Source: a virus (lineage: Duplodnaviria > Heunggongvirae > Uroviricota > Caudoviricetes). From it: a stretch of 42,369 bases of DNA. Where the stretch lies: positions 66,333 to 108,701 of IMG/VR virus record IMGVR_UViG_3300036828_000686, one strand, 5' to 3'. Positions within the stretch are counted from its first letter, which is position 1. Each line of letters opens with the position of its first letter. This document shows, piece by piece, positions 1-8,764 of the stretch. The translations under genes were made by a program, and so were the position numbers. Under the pieces are notes generated by a model. That model did no database searches and was not told the origin of the DNA. It worked only from the letters and a program-made list of their open reading frames with translations.

Positions 1-243
1 GGGACCACGGAGCCAGGTGACGTCCGCGCTGGCCCGCGAGGGTGGAACGTGGACCATGACCACGCCTGCTGCAGCACCCGGAAGCGTTCCTGCGGAGAGT
101 GCATCCGCGGCATCATCTGCTCGCCATGCAACAGGGCGCTGGGATTCCTGCGTGAGGACCCTGTGATCGTCCGGGCAGCGCTGGACTACCTCCTGGCGTA
201 CCAGGCAAGCCGCACCGCCACCGAGGACCACGAGGTCTCCTAG
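1..243 (+). CDS. Recombination endonuclease VII-like protein, C-terminal part (open from window start)
   Basis: Frame is open from base 1: ...WNVDHDHACC...CGECIRGIICSPCNRALG matches the EndoVII VDHDH...RGLLC..CN..LG pattern. Confidence 0.75.
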   Translation, partial: GTTEPGDVRAGPRGWNVDHDHACCSTRKRSCGECIRGIICSPCNRALGFLREDPVIVRAALDYLLAYQASRTATEDHEVS

Positions 244-319
244 AGAGACAGTTCGCGGCCGTCACTGGCCAGTATGCCCTGATCGCCTGACGGGACCCAG
301 GGCCGGATGCTACTGCGTG

Positions 320-565
320 CTACTGGCCTGATGGGCAGCCGCGATTGGCCCACGCGCGGCCGTCTTCCCCCCGGACCACCCAGTGGCCGCGCTCACGGGA
401 CTGCCGTGCGTCCAGGGTGCCGTTCCGGCAGGCCCGGCGGACGTGCTCGGTGCTGCACCGGGCGATGATGCCGACTTCGGCGGTGCTGTAGTAGGCGTCG
501 TCGAGGAACCTTCCCGCTACCGGGAGGGGGTAGGTGTCCCCGTAGCCGGCCCACGCCGCGTCCAT
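320..565 (-). CDS. Excisionase-like / MerR-type winged HTH DNA-binding protein
   Basis: YYSTAEVGIIARCSTEHVRRACRNGTLDA...GHWVV resembles the HTH_17 pattern. Confidence 0.6.
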   Translation of the reverse strand: MDAAWAGYGDTYPLPVAGRFLDDAYYSTAEVGIIARCSTEHVRRACRNGTLDARQSRERGHWVVRGEDGRAWANRGCPSGQ

Positions 566-566
566 G

Positions 567-1631
567 TCACAGCTCGTCCAGCATGCCGAGGAGGGCCTTG
601 ACGTTGGCCTGGAAGGTGCGGTGCCGGACCGCGGCCCGTGCCTTCAGGGCCGCTTCCTCGCGCTCGGTCTCATGGGCCAGCCACCACTTGAGTTGTTCCG
701 CGGCGTCTTCGGCGCTGGCGAAGGTGGGGAGCATGGGGAACAGCTCGTCGGATTCGGGCCGGGGGTCGCGGAGGAAGAACAGGCCGCAGGCGGCCATCTC
801 GATTTCCCGGGGGCCGATCGCGATGCCGTCGAACTCCGCGTCGGCTTCCCGGCGGTAGAGGTTGAGGCCCATTTTGGCGCTGCGGTAGACCCTGGTGGTG
901 AGGGCGTTGTCTACGCATTCGTCCAGTTCGTGGGAGAGCAGGTTGCGGACGGGGGAGTCTCCGATGCTCTGCCAGTTGCCGCCGAGGGTGACGTCGATGC
1001 CCTCGAATGCGCCGTGCTCCAGCATCTGCTCAAAGAACTTGATCCGCGACGGGAAGCCGGTGCCGAGGAAGGCGAAGTCGGTCTGGATGTCGTCTTCGCC
1101 TGGGCCCGGGTAGTGCAGCCGGGGCCGGTAGGCGTGCGGCATGTAGAACGCGGGGATGCCCGCCTCGTCGTACATGGCCAGGTTCGACGGATCGTTGAGC
1201 AGCACCAGGTCGCAGTGCTTCGCGACGTTGAGCTGCCTGCCTTCCTCGTACGGGGATTCGGTGAACAGGACGACGACCTTGATGCCCCGCGAGCGGAGGA
1301 TCTCGATCATGTCGCCGGGCACGAAGAACGCGGACACGATGATGACCAGGTCGGGCAGGAACTGGAAGCAGGTGGAGAAGATCCCGTTTGCTGACAGCCG
1401 GATCACCGAGTCCTTGTCGGCAATCGCCTTCTTGAACTGCACATGCCCGGTGTCGTCATAGACCCCGGTGAACAGGTAGGCGGAGTCGTGGAACGCGATG
1501 CGGTCCTGGAGGTTGTAGTCGATGGTGCGGATACCCATGTCGCACAGGGCCTCATGCCAGCCCATGAACACGTCGTGCACGCTGAACTGGGGTCCGGGGT
1601 GCACGATCAGCACCCGCTCGGGGCGCTTCAC
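567..1631 (-). CDS. GT-B glycosyltransferase, CgeB/Glyco_trans_1_2-like
   Basis: C-terminal VYRSAKMGLNL...GPREIEMAACGLFFLRD motif; FAFLGTGFPSR. Confidence 0.75.
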   Translation of the reverse strand: MKRPERVLIVHPGPQFSVHDVFMGWHEALCDMGIRTIDYNLQDRIAFHDSAYLFTGVYDDTGHVQFKKAIADKDSVIRLSANGIFSTCFQFLPDLVIIVSAFFVPGDMIEILRSRGIKVVVLFTESPYEEGRQLNVAKHCDLVLLNDPSNLAMYDEAGIPAFYMPHAYRPRLHYPGPGEDDIQTDFAFLGTGFPSRIKFFEQMLEHGAFEGIDVTLGGNWQSIGDSPVRNLLSHELDECVDNALTTRVYRSAKMGLNLYRREADAEFDGIAIGPREIEMAACGLFFLRDPRPESDELFPMLPTFASAEDAAEQLKWWLAHETEREEAALKARAAVRHRTFQANVKALLGMLDEL

Positions 1632-1930
1632 GCGGTCTCCACCCCGAACTCGACAGTGTCGTCTACGACGGCTACCCGCACCGGCACGGCGAAGAGGTCG
1701 CGGACCCGGCTGGAGATCTCCTCCGCCAGCTGCGCGGTCAGCCTGCCGTGGACCGTGACGACAAGCCGGTCACCGGGCATGACGTCGAGCTTGCTGACTT
1801 CCATCCGCAGCCCGGCCAGGCCGGGGCACGGGCCGGGCGGGTGCAGGCCATCGCATTCCCGTGTGTGGGTGTGCTGGGCAGGCCAGAAGGCATTCGCGTC
1901 CAGCTGGGATTCGGGGAGCTTGTCGATCAT
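1628..1930 (-). CDS. Hypothetical protein
   Basis: ATG 1930 overlaps the upstream TGA; its stop overlaps the next start; coupled operon position. Confidence 0.6.
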   Translation of the reverse strand: MIDKLPESQLDANAFWPAQHTHTRECDGLHPPGPCPGLAGLRMEVSKLDVMPGDRLVVTVHGRLTAQLAEEISSRVRDLFAVPVRVAVVDDTVEFGVETA

Positions 1931-2343
1931 GGTGTCGCCGCCATCACTGTGATCATTACCTGTGCGCCAAGGTACTGCTGCCCGGCCCATTCCATAAGCC
2001 CGTAGCCGCGGATCATGTCGAGGTTGATGTAGTCATACACCCCGGCGAGCCGCGGGTTCGCCTTGATCAGCGCGGGCACCGAGCTGGCCCCGGTGGTGGC
2101 CAGCCAGCTGTTCATCAGCGTCACCGACGAGACGTCCTCGGTGTAGCTGGCCAGCAGCACGATCCGCAGCAGGTAGCTGAAGGCCCCGTCGAGGGTGTCG
2201 TATTTCAGGACCTGCTGCTGCTGCGGCAGCACGATCGCGGCGGGCGGGTTCACCTGGGCGGTGAACTGCGCGGAGACACGCAGGTTCGGGATCTGCGCAA
2301 CCACTGCGGCGAGCCCGTTGCAGCAGGCCGTCAGGTCAGCCAT
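1927..2343 (-). CDS. Putative tail terminator / head-tail completion protein
   Basis: ~138 aa; IPNLRV...VNPPAAIV...GYG...W.GQQYLGAQ pattern recalled from actinophage tail terminators; lies downstream of the adaptor. Confidence 0.55.
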   Translation of the reverse strand: MADLTACCNGLAAVVAQIPNLRVSAQFTAQVNPPAAIVLPQQQQVLKYDTLDGAFSYLLRIVLLASYTEDVSSVTLMNSWLATTGASSVPALIKANPRLAGVYDYINLDMIRGYGLMEWAGQQYLGAQVMITVMAATP

Positions 2344-2698
2344 CGTCACCTCCCAGCCGGTTCACGATCGACGTCTGGTGCTCCTCCAGCCGTTCTTCTA
2401 GATGCTCCTTGATGCGGCTCTCGGAACTCTTCACGTGGCCGCTGGTCAGCGCCGAGGTGAACAGGCTGAAGGTGGCCGCGAACAGGGGTACCACGGTGAG
2501 CATGACGATCACCGCGAGAGCTTTCCCGGCATGGGTGTGCGGGGCGATGTCGCCGTAGCCAACTGTGGTGGCCGTGGTGATCGCCCAGTACAGGCCGTCC
2601 ATTTCCGCGATGTGCTCGGTAGCGGCGAAGAGGGAGCCGGCTATCACGTCCAGGGCCGCGGCGCAGGCGACCGTGATCACGGCGATCTTGTGGCTCAC
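2336..2698 (-). CDS. Two-TM potassium channel (KcsA-like, Ion_trans_2)
   Basis: TM1, pore helix DGLYWAITTAT, selectivity filter TVGYGD, TM2, charged C-terminal helix; GTG 2698 overlaps the upstream TGA. Confidence 0.85.
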   Translation of the reverse strand: MSHKIAVITVACAAALDVIAGSLFAATEHIAEMDGLYWAITTATTVGYGDIAPHTHAGKALAVIVMLTVVPLFAATFSLFTSALTSGHVKSSESRIKEHLEERLEEHQTSIVNRLGGDDG

Positions 2699-3060
2699 CC
2701 CTGCCCGGTCCTTTCCTGGTGTGAGTGCCACGCAGCGTGCAGGTGGTGCGACTTCAGCCCGTCGCGGACCTTCTGGTCAGGGTGGTGGATGCGGCACACC
2801 TTGAAGCCGGTGTCCCCGATCGGGTACCGGGCGATCCGCGCACAGCCCTGCTGGTGGCAGCTGATGTGGTGCCACAGGCCCGCGAAGATGCTGCCGGACA
2901 GCAGCACGGTGGTGAGCATCGGGCCGACACCGGACACGAAGTCGTAGCTCATGGACGCCTGGGTGGTGATGCCCAGGGCGTACCGGACCGGGTACCAGAA
3001 GATGATGACCAGGGCCAGTGCGACCCCGAAGCCGAGGACGCCTGCCATCCAGAGCCTCAT
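2695..3060 (-). CDS. Two-TM membrane protein with C-terminal Cys/His motif
   Basis: Two hydrophobic segments then HHISCHQQGCARI...CRIHHP; ATG 3060 overlaps the adaptor stop. Confidence 0.65.
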   Translation of the reverse strand: MRLWMAGVLGFGVALALVIIFWYPVRYALGITTQASMSYDFVSGVGPMLTTVLLSGSIFAGLWHHISCHQQGCARIARYPIGDTGFKVCRIHHPDQKVRDGLKSHHLHAAWHSHQERTGQG

Positions 3061-3998
3061 ACCCCGACCTTCCGGGTTGGTGAGATGTACGGCGTGAGGA
3101 GCTTCTGGATGTAGGGGTTGACTTTCGGCACCCGCACCACACCGAACTCCGAGGTGCCCATCAGGCCGAACGGGCTGTCCTTCAGCTTGAAGAACTCCGA
3201 CGCGACCTGGACCGCGGCCTGCTTGATCCCGAACGGCACCGCGGGCCACCCCCAGGTGCCGATGATCTGAATCCTGTCCCACTTGCTGTACGGCCAGATG
3301 AACGGGAAGAACCTGCCGCCACCGGAGGCGTTGACCGACCGGATCAGCCTGAAGGGCCGCGCCTCGCCTGTGGCGTTGGCGTTGTACTCGTCGTAGCCGA
3401 TCTGCAGCTCGTAGTCGGTGTGAATCGTCCAGGGGGTCTCGAAGATGCCGTCGCCGTCGTAGTCCACGTTGAGTGCGGTGATGGACACCAGGTCGTCGAT
3501 CGGCAGCTCGTAAATGGAATACGGCTGGTAGGTCCGGGTCTCCGCGACCTTCCAGAAGAACCGGCCGGTGAAGCCCTCGATGGCCCGCGCCGCGGCCTGC
3601 ACGGCCAGGGCCAGCTGCAGGTCTGAGGCCGTGTCGGTGATCTGCAGCCGGTCCTTCAGCTCCTCCACCGAGGTGTAGAACTGGTTGATCGTGGACGTCG
3701 GGTTGACCGTCCAGGTGCCGGCCTGGATGTCGCTGGCGGTGCCGGTGCCGATCCAGACGAAGCTCCACAGGCCGACCTTGGTGGACGGCACGAGCAGCTG
3801 GTACAGGCCGGTGCTGATCTTGGTGATGTCAGCCGGGGCGGTGCCGCCGAAGGTGTGGGTGACCGCGATGCCGTCCGGGTCGGTGATCACGCACGAGATG
3901 GTGGTCGGGTCAGTGGGGACGGTGAGGACCTTGAAGGTCATCTGCAGGGTTGCGACGTCGTCGCCTGCGGTGTCCTGGTAGAACACGATAGCGCCCAC
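3057..3998 (-). CDS. Head-to-tail adaptor (gp6-like connector) with extra N-terminal beta domain
   Basis: FYTSVEELKDRLQI.D...D..L.LAVQAAARAIEGFTGRFF and GTWGWPAVP..IKQAAVQVA typical of actinophage adaptors. Confidence 0.7.
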   Translation of the reverse strand: MGAIVFYQDTAGDDVATLQMTFKVLTVPTDPTTISCVITDPDGIAVTHTFGGTAPADITKISTGLYQLLVPSTKVGLWSFVWIGTGTASDIQAGTWTVNPTSTINQFYTSVEELKDRLQITDTASDLQLALAVQAAARAIEGFTGRFFWKVAETRTYQPYSIYELPIDDLVSITALNVDYDGDGIFETPWTIHTDYELQIGYDEYNANATGEARPFRLIRSVNASGGGRFFPFIWPYSKWDRIQIIGTWGWPAVPFGIKQAAVQVASEFFKLKDSPFGLMGTSEFGVVRVPKVNPYIQKLLTPYISPTRKVGV

Positions 3999-4051
3999 GC
4001 GACAGCCCCAGGGGTCAGCGCGGCCACTTCATCCTGTGATCAGGATAGTCC

Positions 4052-4366
4052 TCAGTCGGGCCATTCCCCGATGAAGAAGTCCAGCTGGAAGTTCTCCTCT
4101 ACCAGGCGGTACAGAACGCTCCGGTTACGGCCCCTGATGCGCAGCACGCCGCCGATCTCCAGCCTGTCCAGCGACATGTCCAGCCCGGCCTGGCCGGTGC
4201 GCACCTGCTGGAGCAGCTCGCCGGAGAACATGGCCCGCGGCTCGGCCGCGATGATCTCCAGCCAGCTCTCGGTGCCCTCATAGTGGCGGGACACGATGAC
4301 GCCGTCGTCGTAGTCGCCCTTGGGGATAGCCATCAGTACAGGTCCAGGTGGTCCGGTGACTCTCAC
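4052..4366 (-). CDS. Hypothetical protein
   Basis: GTG 4366 overlaps the upstream TGA; fills the operon gap. Confidence 0.55.
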   Translation of the reverse strand: MRVTGPPGPVLMAIPKGDYDDGVIVSRHYEGTESWLEIIAAEPRAMFSGELLQQVRTGQAGLDMSLDRLEIGGVLRIRGRNRSVLYRLVEENFQLDFFIGEWPD

Positions 4367-5379
4367 AGCAGCCACTCAGGGTGTTCGAGGCTCCAGCGGA
4401 CCGTCTTGTTCAGGCTCTCCCTGAACGCCACGGGTGGCGTCCAGCCCGCCTTGGTCAGCAGTTCCGGGTCCAGCCCGTAGTGCGGGTCGTGGCCCGGCCG
4501 CGCGGAGTGGAAGTCCAGCAGCCGGTACATCAGCGGCCGGCCGACCTGCTCCGCGATCATGTTCGCCAGGGCCAGGTTATCAATCCGGTCCGGCCCGACG
4601 ATGTTAAACCGGTCAGGCCGGTCGCGATAGGGGAACGAGGCGGGCGGCAGTTCCTTCAGGATGTAGACCAGGGCGTCGGCCAGGTTCCGGGCGTGCAGGT
4701 AATGCCGGGTGCCGATGTCGTCAGGGCGGCCGTGGATGGTCACCTGCTTGCCCTGGGCGATGTGGCCGATGAGCAGTGGCACGAACTTCTCCCGGTCCTG
4801 GCGTTCCCCGATGAGGTTCATGCAGTTGACGATGGTCAGCGGCAGCCCGTAGGTCCGCCAGTAGGCGGTGGAGATGGCCTCCTGGCACGCCTTGCTGGCG
4901 CTGTAGGGGTTGCTGGGGATGATCGGGGACCACTCTGCGTGCGGGACCGGGACGCCGTCTATGACCGGCTCAGGGCCGTAGACCTCGTCGGTGGAGATGA
5001 GGATCACGTGCAGCGGGTTCAGCTTCCTGCACAGCTCCAGGGTGGACAAGATCACGCTCACGTTGTTCAGCACGAACGGCACCGGGTCGTCGATCGAGCG
5101 GTCCACGTGGCTTTCGCTGGCCATGGCCAGGACGTGGTCGATAGGCCCGATGTGGTGCAGGGTCTGGTCGGTGAACGGGGCCACCAGGTCGTGGGTGATG
5201 ACCTGCAGCCGCGGGCGCCAGTTCGGGTGACCCTCCAGGACCTGGGTGATCCGGTCCGTTTTGCCGCGGTGCCGGAAACTGTCGGTCGCCACCACATCCC
5301 AGGCGGTGTTGGTGAAAATGTGCTCCAGGACATGGGAGCCGATGAAACCACCAGCGCCAGTCAGGAAGACCCGGGTCAT
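4363..5379 (-). CDS. NAD-dependent sugar epimerase/dehydratase, dTDP-glucose 4,6-dehydratase-like
   Basis: TGAGGFIG Rossmann motif, ISTDEVYG, PSNPYSASKA (YxxxK). Confidence 0.85.
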   Translation of the reverse strand: MTRVFLTGAGGFIGSHVLEHIFTNTAWDVVATDSFRHRGKTDRITQVLEGHPNWRPRLQVITHDLVAPFTDQTLHHIGPIDHVLAMASESHVDRSIDDPVPFVLNNVSVILSTLELCRKLNPLHVILISTDEVYGPEPVIDGVPVPHAEWSPIIPSNPYSASKACQEAISTAYWRTYGLPLTIVNCMNLIGERQDREKFVPLLIGHIAQGKQVTIHGRPDDIGTRHYLHARNLADALVYILKELPPASFPYRDRPDRFNIVGPDRIDNLALANMIAEQVGRPLMYRLLDFHSARPGHDPHYGLDPELLTKAGWTPPVAFRESLNKTVRWSLEHPEWLL

Positions 5380-5388
5380 GGGGCGCCC

Positions 5389-7746
5389 CTAGTGAATACT
5401 GGCGGCGCCCTCATTCAGGTCAGATACCCCGCTACTGCCCTGTTGCGGATCGGTCATGAGGGAGCGGCCCTCGCTGGGGTCGGCGGCAGGGCTCATCGTA
5501 CCTTCGCTCGTATCAGACGCGGTAGCGCTGCCCTCGTGAGGATCAGCCACCGTGGCGGACCCGGTGCCGGGAATGATGGCCCCCACCGAGGCGCCGCTCC
5601 CGGTCAGCACGGACAGCGCCGCAAGGTTCGCCGCCGTCCCGAAGCGGCCCGAGTCGCTGATGACCGCCAGGGCGGCCAGCGCAGTACCGGCTCCCTGCTG
5701 GCCAGGTGCCGTCAGGACCGCCGCCGCGCTCAGGGCAGCCGCGCCGAAGGCACCTCCCGCAGCCGACCCTGTGAGGACCGAGAGGGCGGCGGGAGTAGCC
5801 GCCGCACCCTGGGTGGCCGCGTTGCCGAGGACTGCCGCAGCGGCCAGGGTGGCCGCTGCGCCCTGGATGGCGCCTGGCGTGTTCAGGGCCGACGCTGCGG
5901 CCAGGGTGGCTGCCGAACGCTGGACTGCGGTCGCGGTCAGCACGGATGCCGCCGCCAGGCTCGCGGTCGCCCCCTGGGTGGCTGCCGCGGTCAGGGCGGA
6001 TGCGGCGGCCAGGGTCGCGGTCGCGCCCTGCACGTCCGCGGCTGCGAGGACCGCGGCGGCGGTCATGGTGGCGACGGCACCCTGGACATCCGCGGCGGAC
6101 AGCACCCCTGCTGCCACCAGGGTTGCGACGGCGCCCTGGATTTCCGCCGTGGCCAGGGCTGAGGCAGCGGTCAGGGTGGCTGAGCCACCACCGGGACTGC
6201 CGCCAGCCCCGGTGAGTACCGACGCCGCCACCAGGGACGCCACCGCGCCCTGGATCGCTGCATTGCTCAGCGCCGAGGCCGCGGTCAGGGTCGCGGCAGC
6301 ACCCTGGATGGCCGCCGCAGACAGCGCACTCGCGGCAGCGAGAGACGCCGAGGTGCCCTGGATTTCCGCAGTAGTCAGGACGGAGGCCGCAGTCAGGGTC
6401 GCCGCTGCGCCCTGGATGACGTCCGGGGCGGTCAGGACCGACGCCGCGGCCAGGGTCGCCGGGGCCCCCTGCCTGGCTGCGGCAGTCAGGGCGGACGCGG
6501 CGGCGAGGCTGGCCGTCGCGCCCTGGATTTCCGCGGCGGTCAGGACGGAGACGGCGGCCAGGGAGGCGACGGCACCCTGGATGACGTCCGGGGCGGTCAG
6601 GGTGCTCGCTGCCGTCAGGGTCGCGGCGCCGGGCACGAACTGGGTGCCCGCTGCGGTGAGCGCGGACGCAGCCGCCAGGGCAGCCGTGGCCCCCTGGGTG
6701 CCCGCGGCGGTCAGCGCGGACGCTGCGGCGAGGGCAGCCGTGGCTGCCTGGATCTCCGCGGCAGTCAGCACGGAGACGGCCGTCACTGTGGCCACGGCGC
6801 CCTGGATGACGTGCGGGGCGGTCAGGACCGAGGCCGCCGCCAGGGTTGCTGCCGTGCCCTGCACTTCTGCGGCGGTGAGGACTGAGGCGGCAGCCAGGGT
6901 GGCCGGGGCCCCCTGGGTGGCTGCCGCGGTCAGTGATGAGGCAGCGGCCAGGGTGGCTGCCCCGGCGAAGATGGCCGCAGTGGAGAGAGGGACGATAATC
7001 TGGCTGCGCGGCGGGGCGGCGGGTGAGCGGTACGGCTGGAGGGGCGGGGCGAGAATAAAACTGGAAGGCAGCGCCGCGGCGAACACCGCGATACCGCCAG
7101 CACCGAACAGGCTGGCGGACGACGTGAACGTGGCCGCGTCCGACAGGATCGCGCCCGATACCGGGCTGGCCAGCAGGTCGATCGCATAGTGGTCACGGGT
7201 GGACGTGGCCCAGTTATTGGACTGGTTGGTGAACGGGGAGCCCTGGGTGTAGGTGCCCGTCGAGACCACGGACTTCTCGACGGCCAGCGCTGCGACCGCG
7301 TACTCGCCGTCGATCGCCACGTTCCCGGCCGTGCTCATCGTCGCGCCGGCCAGGGTGATGGCCGTGGCACCCGACGCGAAGGTGCCCGCCGTGTCCAGCG
7401 GGGACACCGCGTTGCCGCCCGTGAGTTCAATCAGGAGGCACTGGAACAGGGCGCTGCCGACGATGGTGGATGATGTTGAAGGGGCGGCGTCCCCACCTGT
7501 GGCGACGGTGTAGAAACACGCGGAGAGGCTGTGCGGCGCCGTGGGGGTGTTTCCCACGTTCCACGCGGTAAACCAGCCTGCCGGCACGGCCGCCAGGGTC
7601 AGCGACGTGGCCGCCCCGCCGGTCACCAGCATGACCAGGATGTCGCCGGCGGTGCGCGGCTGGGACGCCGCCCACGTGTTGGTTATCCCCGTGCCAGTGG
7701 AGTTGCTGGATGCCGCTGTAGGGGTCCCGACAGGGCTAACAGCCAC
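5389..7746 (-). CDS. 785-aa Ala-rich repeat protein, probable virion fibre/spike
   Basis: ~225-aa S/T/G-rich beta-type N-domain, Pro-rich linker, tandem 18-19-aa repeats, C-terminal ~10-aa repeats; located among virion genes. Confidence 0.75.
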   Translation of the reverse strand: MAVSPVGTPTAASSNSTGTGITNTWAASQPRTAGDILVMLVTGGAATSLTLAAVPAGWFTAWNVGNTPTAPHSLSACFYTVATGGDAAPSTSSTIVGSALFQCLLIELTGGNAVSPLDTAGTFASGATAITLAGATMSTAGNVAIDGEYAVAALAVEKSVVSTGTYTQGSPFTNQSNNWATSTRDHYAIDLLASPVSGAILSDAATFTSSASLFGAGGIAVFAAALPSSFILAPPLQPYRSPAAPPRSQIIVPLSTAAIFAGAATLAAASSLTAAATQGAPATLAAASVLTAAEVQGTAATLAAASVLTAPHVIQGAVATVTAVSVLTAAEIQAATAALAAASALTAAGTQGATAALAAASALTAAGTQFVPGAATLTAASTLTAPDVIQGAVASLAAVSVLTAAEIQGATASLAAASALTAAARQGAPATLAAASVLTAPDVIQGAAATLTAASVLTTAEIQGTSASLAAASALSAAAIQGAAATLTAASALSNAAIQGAVASLVAASVLTGAGGSPGGGSATLTAASALATAEIQGAVATLVAAGVLSAADVQGAVATMTAAAVLAAADVQGATATLAAASALTAAATQGATASLAAASVLTATAVQRSAATLAAASALNTPGAIQGAAATLAAAAVLGNAATQGAAATPAALSVLTGSAAGGAFGAAALSAAAVLTAPGQQGAGTALAALAVISDSGRFGTAANLAALSVLTGSGASVGAIIPGTGSATVADPHEGSATASDTSEGTMSPAADPSEGRSLMTDPQQGSSGVSDLNEGAASIH
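5600..6960 (-). repeat. Coding tandem repeat, unit about 54-57 nt (QGAxATLAAASVLTAAEI-like), roughly two dozen copies
   Basis: Repeats directly visible in translation; boundaries approximate. Confidence 0.85.
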
Positions 7747-7758
7747 AGCGGATCACCC

Positions 7759-7845
7759 TTACCCTGGCGTCTGCCCGCCCGCGGCGCGGATCAGGTTCGG
7801 CCCGTCGATGCACGCCTGGAATGCGGCCCGGCGGAAATCAATCAC
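7759..7845 (-). CDS. 28-aa small ORF (MIDFRRAAFQACIDGPNLIRAAGGQTPG), not in ORF track
   Basis: GTG overlaps the TGA of the upstream gene and fills the intergenic gap; same frame as the 785-aa gene. Confidence 0.4.
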   Translation of the reverse strand: MIDFRRAAFQACIDGPNLIRAAGGQTPG

Positions 7846-8309
7846 TCTGCGACCTTGACGTACACGTCATAGCTGATGACGGACGCCGTGAACTGCCAGA
7901 GGCACAGGTTGCCGCTGAGGTTGAAGTTCTGCAGGATGAACTCGCCGGGCTGCCACACCCAGATAATCCCGGCGCCGATCACCCCGGGCAGCTGGGAGCG
8001 GCGGAAGAAGTTGGTCGGCGCAGTGGGCTGCAAGGTGGTGAATGCCGATACCAGCAGGGTGTGCCCGGCCGGGTCGGCCGCGTTGACGGCCTGCGCGGTG
8101 GACACCGTGGTGTTGCCGCCCGTGCCGGCGGCGGCAGGGAATCCCAGGCCGACTTCGGCCGCCACCGCCGAGGTCAGCGTGATCCCGATCTCGCGGATTT
8201 CCGGCGCCCGGGTGGACGCGGCCGGGGCGGCCCCGAGAATCGTGGCGATGTGGATGGCGGCCGCCGTGGTGGTCTTGGCGACGGCGATCTCGTAAATGTG
8301 ATCAGCCAT
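7842..8309 (-). CDS. Putative virion structural protein
   Basis: 155 aa, A/T/G-rich, beta-type; RBS GGTGAG; within structural cluster. Confidence 0.55.
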   Translation of the reverse strand: MADHIYEIAVAKTTTAAAIHIATILGAAPAASTRAPEIREIGITLTSAVAAEVGLGFPAAAGTGGNTTVSTAQAVNAADPAGHTLLVSAFTTLQPTAPTNFFRRSQLPGVIGAGIIWVWQPGEFILQNFNLSGNLCLWQFTASVISYDVYVKVAE

Positions 8310-8317
8310 CGCTCACC

Positions 8318-8761
8318 TCACGTCATCGACGCGGAGATGGCCAGCGCCGCTACCTGGAAACTGTTGCCGGATGCAACGGCGATCGGCGCCCCGTTCCAGT
8401 TGCCGAAGAACCCGCGCCGCTGGACGTGGTCGGTGATCTCCAGGGACTGGATCGCGGCGAAGTTCGTCCCGCTCACCGACCACAGGAACGCGGTGGTCTT
8501 CGGCAGGGTAACCGCCGAGCCAGCCGAGGATGCCTGGGAGGACGCGATGTCGCTGAACGCGATCCCGTTGGTGGTGTACCCGGTGCCGTTGGTGATCTCG
8601 GTGCCCGAGGCGGCGCCCGTGCTGGCAGTGGAGGTGAGCTTCAGGAACATGGCGGCAGCATTGAACGCCACCACGGCGGTACCGGGGTTCCCTGCGGTAC
8701 CGCCTACCGGCAGGATGGCGTTCAGGAGAACGCTGACCAGTGCGGAGTCGAGAGCAGCCAT
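8318..8761 (-). CDS. Putative minor tail/fibre-associated structural protein
   Basis: L.L.STASTGAASGTEIT..GY...F...W...I.S.EI.D...V.SGNSF pattern recalled from small phage minor tail proteins. Confidence 0.55.
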   Translation of the reverse strand: MAALDSALVSVLLNAILPVGGTAGNPGTAVVAFNAAAMFLKLTSTASTGAASGTEITNGTGYTTNGIAFSDIASSQASSAGSAVTLPKTTAFLWSVSGTNFAAIQSLEITDHVQRRGFFGNWNGAPIAVASGNSFQVAALAISASMT

Positions 8762-8764
8762 GGT

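Noticed and set aside
5600-6960. CRISPR array or non-coding repeat
   Set aside because: The repeats are degenerate, in-frame and lack unique spacers; no cas genes.
4381-7189. Long plus-strand ORFs (4381..6162, 5552..7189) and similar antisense ORFs throughout
   Set aside because: Shadow ORFs from high-GC codon bias opposite motif-bearing, translationally coupled minus-strand genes.
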